NCBI RefSeq assembly: GCF_044324875.1
Contig: NZ_CP172185.1
Length of the DNA stretch: 64,000 nucleotides
Direction: 5' to 3' (one strand)
From: Escherichia coli
Lineage (GTDB): Bacteria > Pseudomonadota > Gammaproteobacteria > Enterobacterales > Enterobacteriaceae
The first letter of the stretch is position 1. Each line of letters starts with the position of its first letter. Of this stretch, positions 50,938 through 64,000 are shown piece by piece. The translations under genes were made by a program, and so were the position numbers. The notes under the pieces were generated by a model. That model had not been told where the DNA came from. It made no database searches and was given only the letters and a program-made list of their open reading frames with translations.

Positions 50938-52638
50938 ATGCGACTGCTCAACCGTCTTAACCAGTATCAACGTCTGTGGCAACCTTCCGCCGGAAAGCCG
51001 CAAACCGTCACCGTCAGCGAACTGGCCGAACGCTGTTTTTGCAGCGAACGCCATGTTCGTACGCTGTTGCGTCAGGCACAGGAGGCGGGATGGCTGGAGT
51101 GGCAGGCGCAGTCAGGACGCGGAAAGCGCGGACAATTACGCTTTCTGGTCACGCCAGAATCGCTACGCAATGCGATGATGGAACAGGCGCTGGAAACCGG
51201 AAAGCAGCAAGATGTGCTGGAGCTGGCGCAACTGGCCCCAGGTGAGCTGCGCACTCTGTTACAGCCGTTTATGGGCGGACAATGGCAAAACGATACGCCC
51301 ACGTTGCGTATTCCCTACTATCGCCCGCTCGAACCGCTACAACCGGGCTTTTTGCCCGGCCGTGCCGAGCAGCATCTCGCCGGACAGATATTTTCCGGCC
51401 TGACCCGCTTCGATAATAATACCCAGCGCCCGATTGGCGATTTAGCGCATCACTGGGAAACCTCTACTGACGGGTTACGCTGGGACTTTTATCTTCGTTC
51501 AACCCTACACTGGCATAACGGCGATGCAGTAAAAGCCTCACACTTACACCAGCGATTATTGATGCTGTTACAACTGCCAGCACTGGATCAATTATTTATT
51601 AGCGTGAAGCGTATTGAAGTCACCCATCCGCAGTGTCTGACCTTCTTTTTACATCGCCCCGATTACTGGCTTGCGCACCGGCTGGCGAGCTATTGCAGCC
51701 ATCTGGCGCATCCGCAATTCCCCCTGATCGGCACTGGTCCTTTTCGCTTAACACAATTCACAGCGGAACTGGTGCGCCTGGAGAGTCATGATTATTACCA
51801 TTTACGTCATCCGCTGCTTAAAGCGGTTGAGTACTGGATAACTCCGCCGCTTTTCGAAAAAGATTTGGGAACCAGTTGTCGGCATCCCGTGCAAATCACT
51901 ATCGGCAAACCGGAGGAGCTGCAACGGGTCAGCCAGGTCAGTAGTGGCATCAGTTTAGGTTTTTGCTATTTAACGTTGCGCAAAAGTCCCCGACTGTCCC
52001 TCTGGCAGGCGCGAAAAGTGATCTCCATTATTCATCAATCCGGTTTATTACAAACGTTAGAAGTCGGAGAAAACCTGATCACCGCCAGTCATGCATTACT
52101 GCCAGGCTGGACTATTCCGCAATGGCAAGTACCGGATGAGGTCAAACTACCGAAAACCTTGACACTGGTTTATCACCTACCGATAGAACTTCATACCATG
52201 GCAGAACGTCTACAGGCGACACTGGCAGCGGAAGGCTGTGAACTCACAATTATTTTTCATAACGCAAAAAACTGGGACGACACGACCCTACTGGCACACG
52301 CAGACCTCATGATGGGCGACAGATTAATTGGCGAAGCACCGGAATATACCCTGGAGCAATGGCTGCGTTGCGATCCACTATGGCCACATGTTTTCGACGC
52401 TCCAGCATATGCACATTTGCAATCGACACTGGACGCGGTGCAAGTAATGCCTGATGAGGAAAACCGATTTAATGCCCTGAAAGCGGTTTTTAGCCAGTTA
52501 ATGGCAGACGCGACGCTGACGCCGCTATTCAACTATCACTATCGCATTAGTGCCCCTCCCGGCGTGAACGGTGTGCGACTGACACCGCGCGGCTGGTTTG
52601 AATTTACCGAAGCCTGGCTTCCCGCGTCGTCGCAATGA
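50938..52638 (+). CDS. ybaE: Solute-binding-protein-like protein YbaE
   Basis: 566 aa from MRLLNRLNQYQRLW. Confidence 0.9.
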   Translation: MRLLNRLNQYQRLWQPSAGKPQTVTVSELAERCFCSERHVRTLLRQAQEAGWLEWQAQSGRGKRGQLRFLVTPESLRNAMMEQALETGKQQDVLELAQLAPGELRTLLQPFMGGQWQNDTPTLRIPYYRPLEPLQPGFLPGRAEQHLAGQIFSGLTRFDNNTQRPIGDLAHHWETSTDGLRWDFYLRSTLHWHNGDAVKASHLHQRLLMLLQLPALDQLFISVKRIEVTHPQCLTFFLHRPDYWLAHRLASYCSHLAHPQFPLIGTGPFRLTQFTAELVRLESHDYYHLRHPLLKAVEYWITPPLFEKDLGTSCRHPVQITIGKPEELQRVSQVSSGISLGFCYLTLRKSPRLSLWQARKVISIIHQSGLLQTLEVGENLITASHALLPGWTIPQWQVPDEVKLPKTLTLVYHLPIELHTMAERLQATLAAEGCELTIIFHNAKNWDDTTLLAHADLMMGDRLIGEAPEYTLEQWLRCDPLWPHVFDAPAYAHLQSTLDAVQVMPDEENRFNALKAVFSQLMADATLTPLFNYHYRISAPPGVNGVRLTPRGWFEFTEAWLPASSQ

Positions 52639-52702
52639 ATAGCTGGTCCGGGTTAATCGCAGGCGTTACCATAACGCTTTTATTGTTCAAGCAGGATTAT
52701 CT

Positions 52703-53398
52703 ATGAAACGTGCTGTCGTTGTGTTCAGTGGAGGCCAGGATTCCACCACCTGTCTGGTGCAGGCATTACAACAATATGATGAAGTCCATTGCGTGACGTT
52801 CGATTACGGTCAGCGACATCGCGCAGAAATCGACGTGGCACGCGAACTGGCGCTGAAACTGGGGGCACGCGCGCATAAGGTTCTTGATGTAACGCTGCTC
52901 AACGAGCTGGCGGTCAGCAGCCTGACGCGTGACAGCATTCCGGTGCCTGATTATGAACCTGAAGCTGATGGCATCCCGAATACGTTTGTCCCAGGGCGTA
53001 ATATTTTGTTCCTGACACTGGCGGCAATATATGCGTATCAGGTAAAAGCAGAAGCCGTAATTACTGGCGTCTGCGAAACGGATTTCTCCGGCTACCCGGA
53101 TTGCCGCGATGAGTTTGTGAAAGCACTAAACCATGCCGTCAGTTTGGGCATGGCGAAAGATATTCGTTTTGAAACGCCGCTGATGTGGATTGATAAAGCG
53201 GAAACCTGGGCGCTGGCAGATTATTACGGCAAACTGGATTTAGTCCGTAACGAAACGTTGACCTGCTATAACGGCATTAAAGGCGACGGTTGCGGTCATT
53301 GTGCGGCATGTAATTTACGCGCCAACGGTTTGAATCATTATCTGGTCGATAAACCGACGGTGATGGCAGCGATGAAGCAGAAAACCGGGTTGAGGTAA
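52703..53398 (+). CDS. queC: 7-cyano-7-deazaguanine synthase
   Basis: 231 aa with [11 protein letters not shown]-loop and a C-terminal zinc cysteine cluster. Confidence 0.96.
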   Translation: MKRAVVVFSGGQDSTTCLVQALQQYDEVHCVTFDYGQRHRAEIDVARELALKLGARAHKVLDVTLLNELAVSSLTRDSIPVPDYEPEADGIPNTFVPGRNILFLTLAAIYAYQVKAEAVITGVCETDFSGYPDCRDEFVKALNHAVSLGMAKDIRFETPLMWIDKAETWALADYYGKLDLVRNETLTCYNGIKGDGCGHCAACNLRANGLNHYLVDKPTVMAAMKQKTGLR

Positions 53399-53449
53399 TT
53401 ATTCCGGGTGTCGCCGGATGCGGCTTGAGCATCCGGCACCACAAAACGT
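53399..53449. repeat. REP-like palindrome between queC and fadM
   Basis: gccggatgcggcttgagcatccggca. Confidence 0.6.
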
Positions 53450-53848
53450 TTACTTAACCATCTGCTCGAGCTTTTCGCGCAATTCCCCTTCCAGAGCTAA
53501 TGCTTTCTGCGTTTTAAGATCAATACAAACAAACGTAATAAGCGCATCCGCTACCACCTGCCCTTCCGGCTCCAGTGTAATGACCTGGCTTAAGATGCCG
53601 CTTTTACCGTTTAATTGCTGCAACTGACTGGTAATGGTTAACAGGTCGCTTAATACCGCCGGGCGACGATAGTTAATATTGATATTGACCACGACGAAGG
53701 CGATGTTATGGGCCGTCATCCACTGAAAACTGTCGCTATTTTCCAACCCATCCCAGCGGGCTTCTTCGAGAAACTCCAGATAGCGGGCGTTATTAACGTG
53801 CTGGTAAACATCGAGATGATATCCACGAACTTTGATTTGTGTTTGCAT
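53450..53848 (-). CDS. fadM: Long-chain acyl-CoA thioesterase III
   Basis: 132-aa ORF matching FadM. Confidence 0.94.
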   Translation of the reverse strand: MQTQIKVRGYHLDVYQHVNNARYLEFLEEARWDGLENSDSFQWMTAHNIAFVVVNININYRRPAVLSDLLTITSQLQQLNGKSGILSQVITLEPEGQVVADALITFVCIDLKTQKALALEGELREKLEQMVK

Positions 53849-54092
53849 AGCGCAATAACCTTACGTTGTTTTTATAAAAACTGTTATAAGTGCAAAATGG
53901 CATCTGAATCGATCGCAGTTTGGCATTCGAATCGATCATGATTTGGCATCCATCTCCGATCACAGTTTGGCATCACAATCGATCACGATTTGGCATGCTT
54001 CCGATCATTGATTGGCATCCTGCCAGTCACTCCGGGAATTAACTCTTTTCACCACAGTCTCCATTGCCGTGTTTAAACCAGTGGAGACGTCA

Positions 54093-55658
54093 ATGTCCAG
54101 AAAGAGAAAATCCAGGAGCACTATGGAAACCTGTTTTAAGATCCTTCAGCTCAAGTTCGACAAGAAGCTGACTAACCGTTGTATCGGACTGACGTTACAC
54201 ATCAGCGCCTCAACCGTTTTTGAGGTTCTTGCCCGCTTCAAAGCCTCTTCTCTGTCATGGCCATTACCTGCTGATATATCCCATGACACGCTGGAGAAAC
54301 TCATTTTTCCGCCCAAAGACACCTTTGCATCAGAGCTTGTAATGCCTGACATGTTGTACTTCGATACGGAAATGAGAAAACCAGGTGTGACGCGGCAACT
54401 GTTGTGGATGGAATACAAGGCACAGGCGGGTAACAAAGCGATGGGATACTCGCACTTCTGCCGTTGCTACCGGGAGTGGAAAAAAACGCGACGTCTCTCC
54501 ATGCGCCAGGAGCATCGTGCCGGCGAAAAGCTTTTTATCGACTTCTGTGGTCCTACGGTTCCTGTTATTAATCCGGACACCGGTGAGATACGCCGCGTGG
54601 CAATCTTCGTGGCCGTAATGGGGGCGTCCAACTATACCTACGTTGAAGCGTGCGAAGGTCAGGACATGATGTCATGGTTAAATGCCCACAGCCGTTGCCT
54701 GACCTTCCTGGGCGGCGTACCGAAGCTGCTCATCCCCGATAACCTCAGAAGCGCAGTGAAAAAGGCCGATCGATATGAGCCTGTCATCAACGACAGTTAT
54801 CAGGCACTGGCTGAGCACTATGGCACGGTTATCATCCCGGCCCGACCACGCAAACCTAAAGATAAACCAAAAGCAGAAAACGGCGTCCTCATCGTTGAAC
54901 GATGGCTTCTTGCCCGCATCCGTAATGAAACCTTCCACACGCTCAGGGCGCTGAATGCGCGCCTTAGGGAGTTACTGACAGACATGAATAACCGGCCAAT
55001 GAAGGGGTACGGCAATCAAACCCGTGCAGAACGCTTCCGCATACTGGATGCGCCAGCACTCTCTCCGCTGCCTCTGGCACCTTATGAATACACGGAATAC
55101 AAAGCTGTGAAGGTTGGCCCTGACTACCACGTTGAATATGCCCGTCACTGGTACTCCGTTCCACACGAACTGGTCGGTCAGCGTCTGTCACTGAAGGCGG
55201 GGCAGTCGGTGGTACAGCTCTGGCACAAGGGGCAGTGTGTGGCGCAACATCCGCGCAGCACACATGAATATAAACACACAACCAATCCGCTTCACATGCC
55301 AGAGCGCCACCGGCAGCACGGGACATGGACACCGGAACGCCTGATCGAGCAGGGAAAACGTACGGGCCCGTCCACAGGCCGGGTGGTTGAATCCATGCTG
55401 AAGGCAAAACCCCATCCGGAACTGGCTTATCGTGCAGTTCTGGGGCTGCTGGCACTTCAGAAAAAATACGGCCCGGAACGGCTGGAAAAGGCCTGTTACG
55501 TTGCCCTGCACTATAACGCCCCTGACAGACGCTTTATCGACAATCTGCTGCGTCACCATCGGGAGAACCTGGAGCTTCCATTATCCCGCCAGGGCGAACA
55601 ACATCCGGCATATGCTTCAGAGCATGAAAACCTGCGTGGTCCGGGCTACTACCACTGA
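54093..55658 (+). CDS. istA: IS21-family transposase IstA
   Basis: About 521 aa from ATG 54093. N-terminal HTH followed by an integrase-like catalytic core. Confidence 0.85.
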   Translation: MSRKRKSRSTMETCFKILQLKFDKKLTNRCIGLTLHISASTVFEVLARFKASSLSWPLPADISHDTLEKLIFPPKDTFASELVMPDMLYFDTEMRKPGVTRQLLWMEYKAQAGNKAMGYSHFCRCYREWKKTRRLSMRQEHRAGEKLFIDFCGPTVPVINPDTGEIRRVAIFVAVMGASNYTYVEACEGQDMMSWLNAHSRCLTFLGGVPKLLIPDNLRSAVKKADRYEPVINDSYQALAEHYGTVIIPARPRKPKDKPKAENGVLIVERWLLARIRNETFHTLRALNARLRELLTDMNNRPMKGYGNQTRAERFRILDAPALSPLPLAPYEYTEYKAVKVGPDYHVEYARHWYSVPHELVGQRLSLKAGQSVVQLWHKGQCVAQHPRSTHEYKHTTNPLHMPERHRQHGTWTPERLIEQGKRTGPSTGRVVESMLKAKPHPELAYRAVLGLLALQKKYGPERLEKACYVALHYNAPDRRFIDNLLRHHRENLELPLSRQGEQHPAYASEHENLRGPGYYH

Positions 55659-55674
55659 CAGAAGGAACAACAGT

Positions 55675-56430
55675 ATGAGTGATAACCTGTTAAACAAACT
55701 GACCCAACTGAAACTCCCGGCGATGGCCGGGAGCCTGATACGGCAGCGGGAAACGCCTCAGACCTACGACGAACTGTCGTTCGAGGAAAGGCTGACGCTG
55801 CTGGTTGATGACGAGCTTCTGAGCAGGGAAAACAGCCGTGTGGCACGGTTGAGAAAAAATGCCGGCCTGAAATACCAGGCAACACCGGAAGGGCTGCGCT
55901 ATCCGGCCTCAAGAGGTCTGCGGGCTGAACAGATGAGAGAACTGCTGAACGGCCACTACATAACCCACAGGAAAAACCTGCTGATAACCGGTCCGACAGG
56001 ATGTGGCAAGAGCTGGATAGCCAATGCGCTGGGCGAACAGGCATGTCGACAGAAACACAGCGTCCGGTACTGTAGAACCGGGCGATTACTGGAACAACTG
56101 GCTCAGGGACGTGTTGATGGCAGCTGGCTGAAATATCTGAAACAGTTGCAAAAAATACAGGTTCTAATCCTGGACGATCTGGGGCTGGAACAGTTAAGTA
56201 ACGCCCAGTGTAATGACCTTCTGGAGCTCATAGAGGATCGTTACGGACAAAGCAGCACGATAGTGGTAAGCCAGTTCCCGGTAGATAAATGGCATGGTCT
56301 GATGGAGAACCCAACAACAGCAGATGCCATCCTGGACAGACTGGTACATAACTCACACCGAGTGGTCCTTCAGGGAGAGTCACTGAGGAAAAATCCCCCG
56401 GTAGTGGAAAGCAGCGAAAAAACGCGTTAA
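55675..56430 (+). CDS. istB: IS21-family ATP-binding helper protein IstB
   Basis: 251 aa from MSDNLLNKLTQLKLP. Walker A (GPTGCGKS) and Walker B (ILDDLG). Starts 17 nt after the istA stop. Confidence 0.88.
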   Translation: MSDNLLNKLTQLKLPAMAGSLIRQRETPQTYDELSFEERLTLLVDDELLSRENSRVARLRKNAGLKYQATPEGLRYPASRGLRAEQMRELLNGHYITHRKNLLITGPTGCGKSWIANALGEQACRQKHSVRYCRTGRLLEQLAQGRVDGSWLKYLKQLQKIQVLILDDLGLEQLSNAQCNDLLELIEDRYGQSSTIVVSQFPVDKWHGLMENPTTADAILDRLVHNSHRVVLQGESLRKNPPVVESSEKTR

Positions 56431-56545
56431 AAAGCGGTAGAAAAAGTTAAGTTCCCGGTTGATCGAATGGATGCGAATCGCTGATCGGACTTCGATGCCA
56501 ATCCGTGATCGAATAGAGCGGAATACGCAATAAGTACAGAGGTCA

Positions 56546-58991
<2,446 letters not shown>

Positions 58992-59182
58992 GGTGTAACA
59001 ACACTCCGCTGTAGATGACTGTGTACCTCACGCAACGTATCGATGCGCGCAAAGGCCTATTGTGACAAGAAACGGGGGCAATTGTCAGCCCACAAGACGC
59101 AGAAAGTCACCGAATACAAATAAAAAAGGCACATCAGTAGATGCGCCCTTGAACTTCGTCACATCCCCACTGGGGACAACGC

Positions 59183-59455
59183 TTAGTTTACCGCGTCTTT
59201 CAGTGCTTTACCTGCACGGAAGCTCGGTACTTTAGCGGCAGCGATGGTGATCTCTTTACCGGTCTGCGGGTTGCGGCCAGTACGGGCAGCACGCTCTTTA
59301 ACGGCAAAAGTACCAAAACCTACCAGTGCTACATCATCCCCTTCTTTCAGAGATTCAGTTACGGAAGCAATAATAGCATCTAACGCACGGCCAGCCGCAG
59401 CTTTAGAGATATCAGCCCCTGCAGCAATCTTGTCGATCAATTGAGATTTATTCAC
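59183..59455 (-). CDS. hupB: DNA-binding protein HU-beta
   Basis: 90 aa, [27 protein letters not shown]... Confidence 0.98.
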
Positions 59456-59663
59456 TCTTCTCTTCCTCTTTATAATTTATATCGCACTTGAATCCTTCAA
59501 GGTACGAACGCGCAGCAGTTATATCAGGCCAGCCATCCCCTTACAACACCCCTTAATAAGGGCAAGCCCGATCCGCCATCTAACTTAGCGAGACAAAAAA
59601 AGGCTGGCAAGCCCGAATTAGCCTGCCAGCCCTGTTTTTATTAGTGCATTTTGCGCGAGGTCA

Positions 59664-62018
59664 CTATTTTGCAGTCACAACCTGCATGCCAGACGGTTCA
59701 TTTTGCAGCGCCAGAGTCAGAACTTCCTCAATGCGCTTCACAGGATGAATGTCCAGATCGGCAATTACGTTGTCAGGAATCTCTTCCAGATCGCGTTTAT
59801 TTTCGAACGGAATTAGCACTGTTTTAATCCCGCCGCGATGCGCTGCCAGTAGTTTTTCTTTCAAACCACCGATCGGCAGTACCTGACCACGCAGAGTGAT
59901 CTCACCGGTCATTGCCACATCGGCACGAACCGGGTTACCGGTCAGGCAAGAAACCAGCGCGGTGCACATAGCAATACCGGCACTCGGACCATCTTTCGGC
60001 GTCGCACCTTCCGGTACGTGGACGTGGATGTCGCGTTTTTCGTAAAAATCAGGGTTGATCCCCAGTTTTTCCGCACGCGCACGAACCACCGTTAACGCCG
60101 CCTGAATGGACTCCTGCATCACTTCGCCAAGCGATCCGGTATAGGTCAGTTTGCCTTTCCCCGGAACACATGCGGTTTCAATGGTCAGCAAGTCACCGCC
60201 CACTTCCGTCCACGCCAGACCAGTTACCTGACCGACACGGTTTTCGTTATCAGCGCGTCCATAGTCGAAACGCTGAACACCGAGGTAGTCATGCAGGTTA
60301 TCACCGTTAATTTCGATATGTTTTAATGACTTATCGAGCAGTAACTGCTTAACCGCTTTGCGACACAGTTTGGAGATTTCACGCTCCAGACCACGCACGC
60401 CCGCCTCACGGGTGTAATAACGAATAATGCCGATAATGGCGCTATCGTCGACGGTCAGCTCACCTTTTTTCAGTGCATTACGTTCAATCTGCTTCGGCAG
60501 CAGGTGACGTTTGGCGATGTTCAGTTTTTCATCTTCGGTATAACCGGAGAGGCGAATCACTTCCATACGATCCAGCAGCGGTGCCGGAATGTTCATGGAG
60601 TTCGACGTCGCGACAAACATCACGTCGCTGAGATCGTAATCCACTTCCAGGTAGTGGTCGCTGAACGCTACGTTCTGCTCTGGATCCAGCACTTCAAGCA
60701 GTGCGGAGGCCGGATCGCCACGCATGTCAGAAGACATTTTGTCGATCTCATCGAGCAGGAACAGCGGGTTTTTCACGCCCACTTTCGCCATTTTCTGGAT
60801 CAGTTTACCCGGCATAGAACCGATGTAAGTACGGCGGTGACCACGGATTTCCGCTTCATCACGCACGCCGCCCAGCGCCATACGGACATATTTACGCCCG
60901 GTGGCTTTGGCGATGGACTGACCAAGAGAGGTTTTACCTACCCCCGGCGGCCCTACCAGGCAGAGGATCGGTCCTTTGATTTTGTTGACACGGCTTTGAA
61001 CCGCAAGATACTCAAGGATACGATCTTTCACGCGCTCCAGACCATAATGGTCGGTATCAAGGATTTCCTGCGCCTGACGCAGGTCTTTTTTGACCTTGCT
61101 GCGCGCATTCCACGGCACCTGTACCATCCAGTCGATATAACCACGCACTACGGTCGCTTCTGCCGACATCGGAGACATCATTTTCAGCTTCTGCAACTCT
61201 GCTTCCGCTTTCTCTTTTGCCTCTTTCGGCATTTTCGCCGCGTCAATTTTGCGCTTCAGGGCTTCGTTTTCGTCCGGCGCGTCGTCCATTTCACCGAGTT
61301 CTTTCTGAATAGCTTTCATTTGCTCGTTCAGATAGTACTCACGCTGGGATTTCTCCATCTGCTTTTTAACGCGGTTGCGAATGCGTTTCTCAACCTGCAG
61401 CAGATCGATTTCCGATTCCATCATTGCCATCAGATATTCCAGACGTTCGTTAACGTCGGACATCTCCAGAACGGACTGTTTGTCAGCCAGTTTCAGCGGC
61501 ATATGTGCAGCAATGGTATCCGCCAGACGCGCCGGGTCGTCGATGCTATTCAGCGACGTCAGCACTTCTGGTGGGATTTTTTTGTTCAGCTTGATGTAGC
61601 CTTCGAACTGGCTGATTGCAGTACGCACCAGCACTTCCTGTTCCCGCTCATCAATGGTCGGCGACTCCAGATACTCCGCCTTCGCAGAAAAGTGTTCGCC
61701 ATTGTCAGAGAGCGCAGAAATACGCGCGCGCTGTAACCCCTCGACCAGCACTTTGACGGTGCCGTCAGGCAGTTTCAGCATCTGCAATATAGAGGCCACG
61801 GTCCCGACGGTGAAAAGATCGTTTACACCCGGCTCATCCGTTGAAGCTTCTTTCTGCGCGACCAGCATAATTTTTTTATCATGGTCCATCGCCGCTTCCA
61901 GACAACGGATAGATTTTTCCCGCCCGACAAATAAGGGGATGACCATGTGCGGATAAACCACCACATCGCGCAGCGGCAATACGGGGATTTCAATGCGTTC
62001 AGAACGCTCAGGATTCAT
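59664..62018 (-). CDS. lon: ATP-dependent Lon protease
   Basis: 784 aa from [18 protein letters not shown]; the track ORF has a 15-codon 5' extension. Confidence 0.98.
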   Translation of the reverse strand: MNPERSERIEIPVLPLRDVVVYPHMVIPLFVGREKSIRCLEAAMDHDKKIMLVAQKEASTDEPGVNDLFTVGTVASILQMLKLPDGTVKVLVEGLQRARISALSDNGEHFSAKAEYLESPTIDEREQEVLVRTAISQFEGYIKLNKKIPPEVLTSLNSIDDPARLADTIAAHMPLKLADKQSVLEMSDVNERLEYLMAMMESEIDLLQVEKRIRNRVKKQMEKSQREYYLNEQMKAIQKELGEMDDAPDENEALKRKIDAAKMPKEAKEKAEAELQKLKMMSPMSAEATVVRGYIDWMVQVPWNARSKVKKDLRQAQEILDTDHYGLERVKDRILEYLAVQSRVNKIKGPILCLVGPPGVGKTSLGQSIAKATGRKYVRMALGGVRDEAEIRGHRRTYIGSMPGKLIQKMAKVGVKNPLFLLDEIDKMSSDMRGDPASALLEVLDPEQNVAFSDHYLEVDYDLSDVMFVATSNSMNIPAPLLDRMEVIRLSGYTEDEKLNIAKRHLLPKQIERNALKKGELTVDDSAIIGIIRYYTREAGVRGLEREISKLCRKAVKQLLLDKSLKHIEINGDNLHDYLGVQRFDYGRADNENRVGQVTGLAWTEVGGDLLTIETACVPGKGKLTYTGSLGEVMQESIQAALTVVRARAEKLGINPDFYEKRDIHVHVPEGATPKDGPSAGIAMCTALVSCLTGNPVRADVAMTGEITLRGQVLPIGGLKEKLLAAHRGGIKTVLIPFENKRDLEEIPDNVIADLDIHPVKRIEEVLTLALQNEPSGMQVVTAK

Positions 62019-62205
62019 AGAGCTCTCTCTTAGTTTAATTTCCGCCAGGTAATCAGATGACACGACTGTGCTTCACGCCATCTATTAACATGTACGTCAG
62101 TATATGGGGATGTTTCCCCCACATTCAACGCCGAGAATAGAGGAAAAATTAAAGGGGAGATAAAATCCCCCCTTTTTGGTTAACTAATTGTATGGGAATG
62201 GTTAA

Positions 62206-63480
62206 TTATTCACCAGATGCCTGTTGCGCTTCCGGCTTGCCATAAATCAGCAACGGCTTGCTTTGACCATCAATTACCGATTCGTCGATAACCACTTTTT
62301 CGACGTCTTCCATGGACGGCAGATCGTACATGGTATCGAGCAGTGCGGCTTCTACGATGGAACGCAGGCCACGGGCACCGGTTTTACGCGCCATCGCTTT
62401 CTTAGCGATAGCATCCAGCGCCTCGTCACGGAATTCCAGATCCACGCCTTCCAGATTAAACAGCGCCTGATACTGCTTGGTCAGGGCGTTTTTCGGCTCT
62501 TTGAGGATCTGAATCAGAGCTTCTTCGCTCAGTTCATTCAACGTTGCTACAACCGGCAGACGACCAATGAACTCAGGGATCAGACCAAACTTGATCAGAT
62601 CTTCCGGTTCAACCTGCGCCAGCAGCTCGCCTTCGCTTGCTTTGTCGGACTTCGCTTTTACCGTCGCGCCAAAACCAATGCCGGAGCCGGTTTCTACACG
62701 ATGGGAAATGACTTTATCCAGACCAGCGAACGCACCACCACAAATAAACAGGATCTTAGAGGTATCTACCTGCAAGAACTCTTGCTGCGGGTGTTTACGC
62801 CCGCCCTGCGGTGGAACGGCGGCAACCGTACCTTCAATCAGTTTCAACAGTGCCTGCTGTACGCCTTCACCGGAAACGTCTCGGGTAATGGACGGGTTGT
62901 CTGACTTACGAGAAATCTTGTCGATTTCATCGATGTAGACAATCCCGCGCTGCGCTTTCTGTACGTCGTAATCGCACTTTTGCAACAGCTTCTGAATGAT
63001 GTTTTCAACGTCTTCGCCCACATAACCGGCTTCGGTCAGCGTGGTTGCGTCGGCCATGGTGAACGGGACGTCCAGCAGGCGCGCCAGCGTTTCAGCCAGC
63101 AGCGTTTTACCGGAACCGGTCGGACCGATCAGCAGAATGTTACTTTTGCCCAACTCGACACCATTGCTGGTATCGCCGTTGCGCAGACGTTTGTAATGGT
63201 TGTATACCGCGACCGCCAGCACTTTTTTCGCCTGTTCCTGGCCGATAACGTAATCGTCCAGGTGGTTACGAATTTCATGCGGCGTCGGTAGCGCACTGCG
63301 TTCACGATGCGGTGCAACTTCTTTAATCTCTTCGCGAATGATGTCGTTACATAAATCAACACATTCGTCGCAGATATACACGGATGGACCGGCAATCAGC
63401 TTGCGCACTTCATGCTGGCTTTTGCCGCAAAAAGAGCAATACAGCAATTTGCCTGAGCCATCTTTGCGTTTATCTGTCAT
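62206..63480 (-). CDS. clpX: ATP-dependent Clp protease ATP-binding subunit ClpX
   Basis: 424 aa with N-terminal zinc finger (CSFCGKS...CDEC) and AAA+ module. Confidence 0.98.
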
Positions 63481-63605
63481 GGGTCAAAACCTCTTCTTTG
63501 TTCTTTGTGCCGCACACGACGACGCAAATGCCATTCTCAGGCGCAAGCCGCTTACAGCGTTGTGCCGCCCTGGATAAGTATAGCGGCACAGTTGCGCCTC
63601 TGGCA

Positions 63606-64000
63606 TCAATTACGATGGGTCAGAATCGAATCGACCAGACCGTATTCCACCGCTTCAGGGGCGGAAAGGAAGCGATCGCGCTCGGTATCACGTTCAATCT
63701 GTTCTAATGATTGACCCGTATGAAGCGCCATAAGTTCATTCATGCGCCCTTTAACTTTCAGAATTTCACGGGCATGAATTTCGATATCGGTCGCCTGGCC
63801 CTGGTAGCCGCCCAACGGCTGGTGAATCATCACGCGCGAATTCGGCAGGCAGAAACGTTTACCTTTTGCCCCTGCAGTCAGCAAGAAAGCGCCCATCGAA
63901 GCCGCCTGGCCCATACAGATGGTGCTGACATCAGGCTTGATAAACTGCATGGTGTCATAGATAGACATCCCGGCAGTGATCACCCCGCCAGGGGAGTTAA
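63606..64000 (-). CDS. clpP: ClpP protease subunit, 3' portion only (5' end beyond the window)
   Basis: C-terminal ClpP sequence (...[74 protein letters not shown]); the reading frame continues past position 64000. Confidence 0.95.
   Translation of the reverse strand, partial: NSPGGVITAGMSIYDTMQFIKPDVSTICMGQAASMGAFLLTAGAKGKRFCLPNSRVMIHQPLGGYQGQATDIEIHAREILKVKGRMNELMALHTGQSLEQIERDTERDRFLSAPEAVEYGLVDSILTHRN

Larger units (their letters stand above)
53891..56529 (+). mobile_element. IS21-family insertion sequence (istA + istB) with candidate 5-bp target-site duplication ATAAG
   Basis: Ends are TG...CA. ATAAG occurs immediately outside both ends (53886-53890 and 56530-56534). About six ~23-bp direct repeats (RTTTGGCAT-N-TCGATCA) at the left end and two inverted copies at the right end. 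Confidence 0.8.

Noticed and set aside
53891-54060. CRISPR-like array of ~23-bp direct repeats
   Set aside because: The repeats are contiguous with no unique spacers, lie directly upstream of istA, recur inverted at the other end of the element, and no cas genes are present. They are IS21-type terminal transposase-binding repeats.
54012-56430. The track's longer start positions for istA (54012) and istB (55432), and similar 5' extensions for adk, apt, glnK, decR, tesB, lon, acrA, cof, ybaE and atl
   Set aside because: The track starts at the first in-frame ATG, GTG or TTG after a stop. In each case a downstream ATG with a ribosome-binding site gives the known protein N-terminus, and the extension would overlap the upstream gene or a terminator.

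Overview
This window is an Escherichia coli chromosomal segment in the copA to clpP interval, read in reverse orientation relative to the usual K-12 map. Gene identities are from reading the protein translations; no database search was run. Most of it is conserved core: copA, ybaP, chiX sRNA, ybaK, ushA, fsr, ybaL, gsk, aes, hemH, adk, htpG, recR, ybaB, dnaX, apt, ybaN, priC, ybaM, mscK, acrR-acrAB, tomB-hha, maa, ylaC, pdeB, ybaA, ffs (4.5S RNA), atl, ybaY, tesB, amtB-glnK, mdlBA, decR, cof, ybaE, queC, fadM, ybaV, ppiD, hupB, lon, clpX and the 3' part of clpP. Three things depart from that backbone. (1) The left 7.3 kb is a P2-like prophage remnant: tape-measure, E, tube and sheath genes on the minus strand, D and ogr on the plus strand, followed by an array of paralogous ~150-200 bp units that each end in a near-identical intrinsic terminator, with an AT-rich islet and two small orphan ORFs. 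This array is the most interesting part of the window. (2) An IS21-family element (istA/istB) with a 5-bp flanking direct repeat sits between fadM and ybaV. (3) gsk carries an in-frame TAG stop at codon 110, and the expected ybaQ gene between copA and ybaP is absent. No CRISPR array, tRNA or rRNA gene was found.
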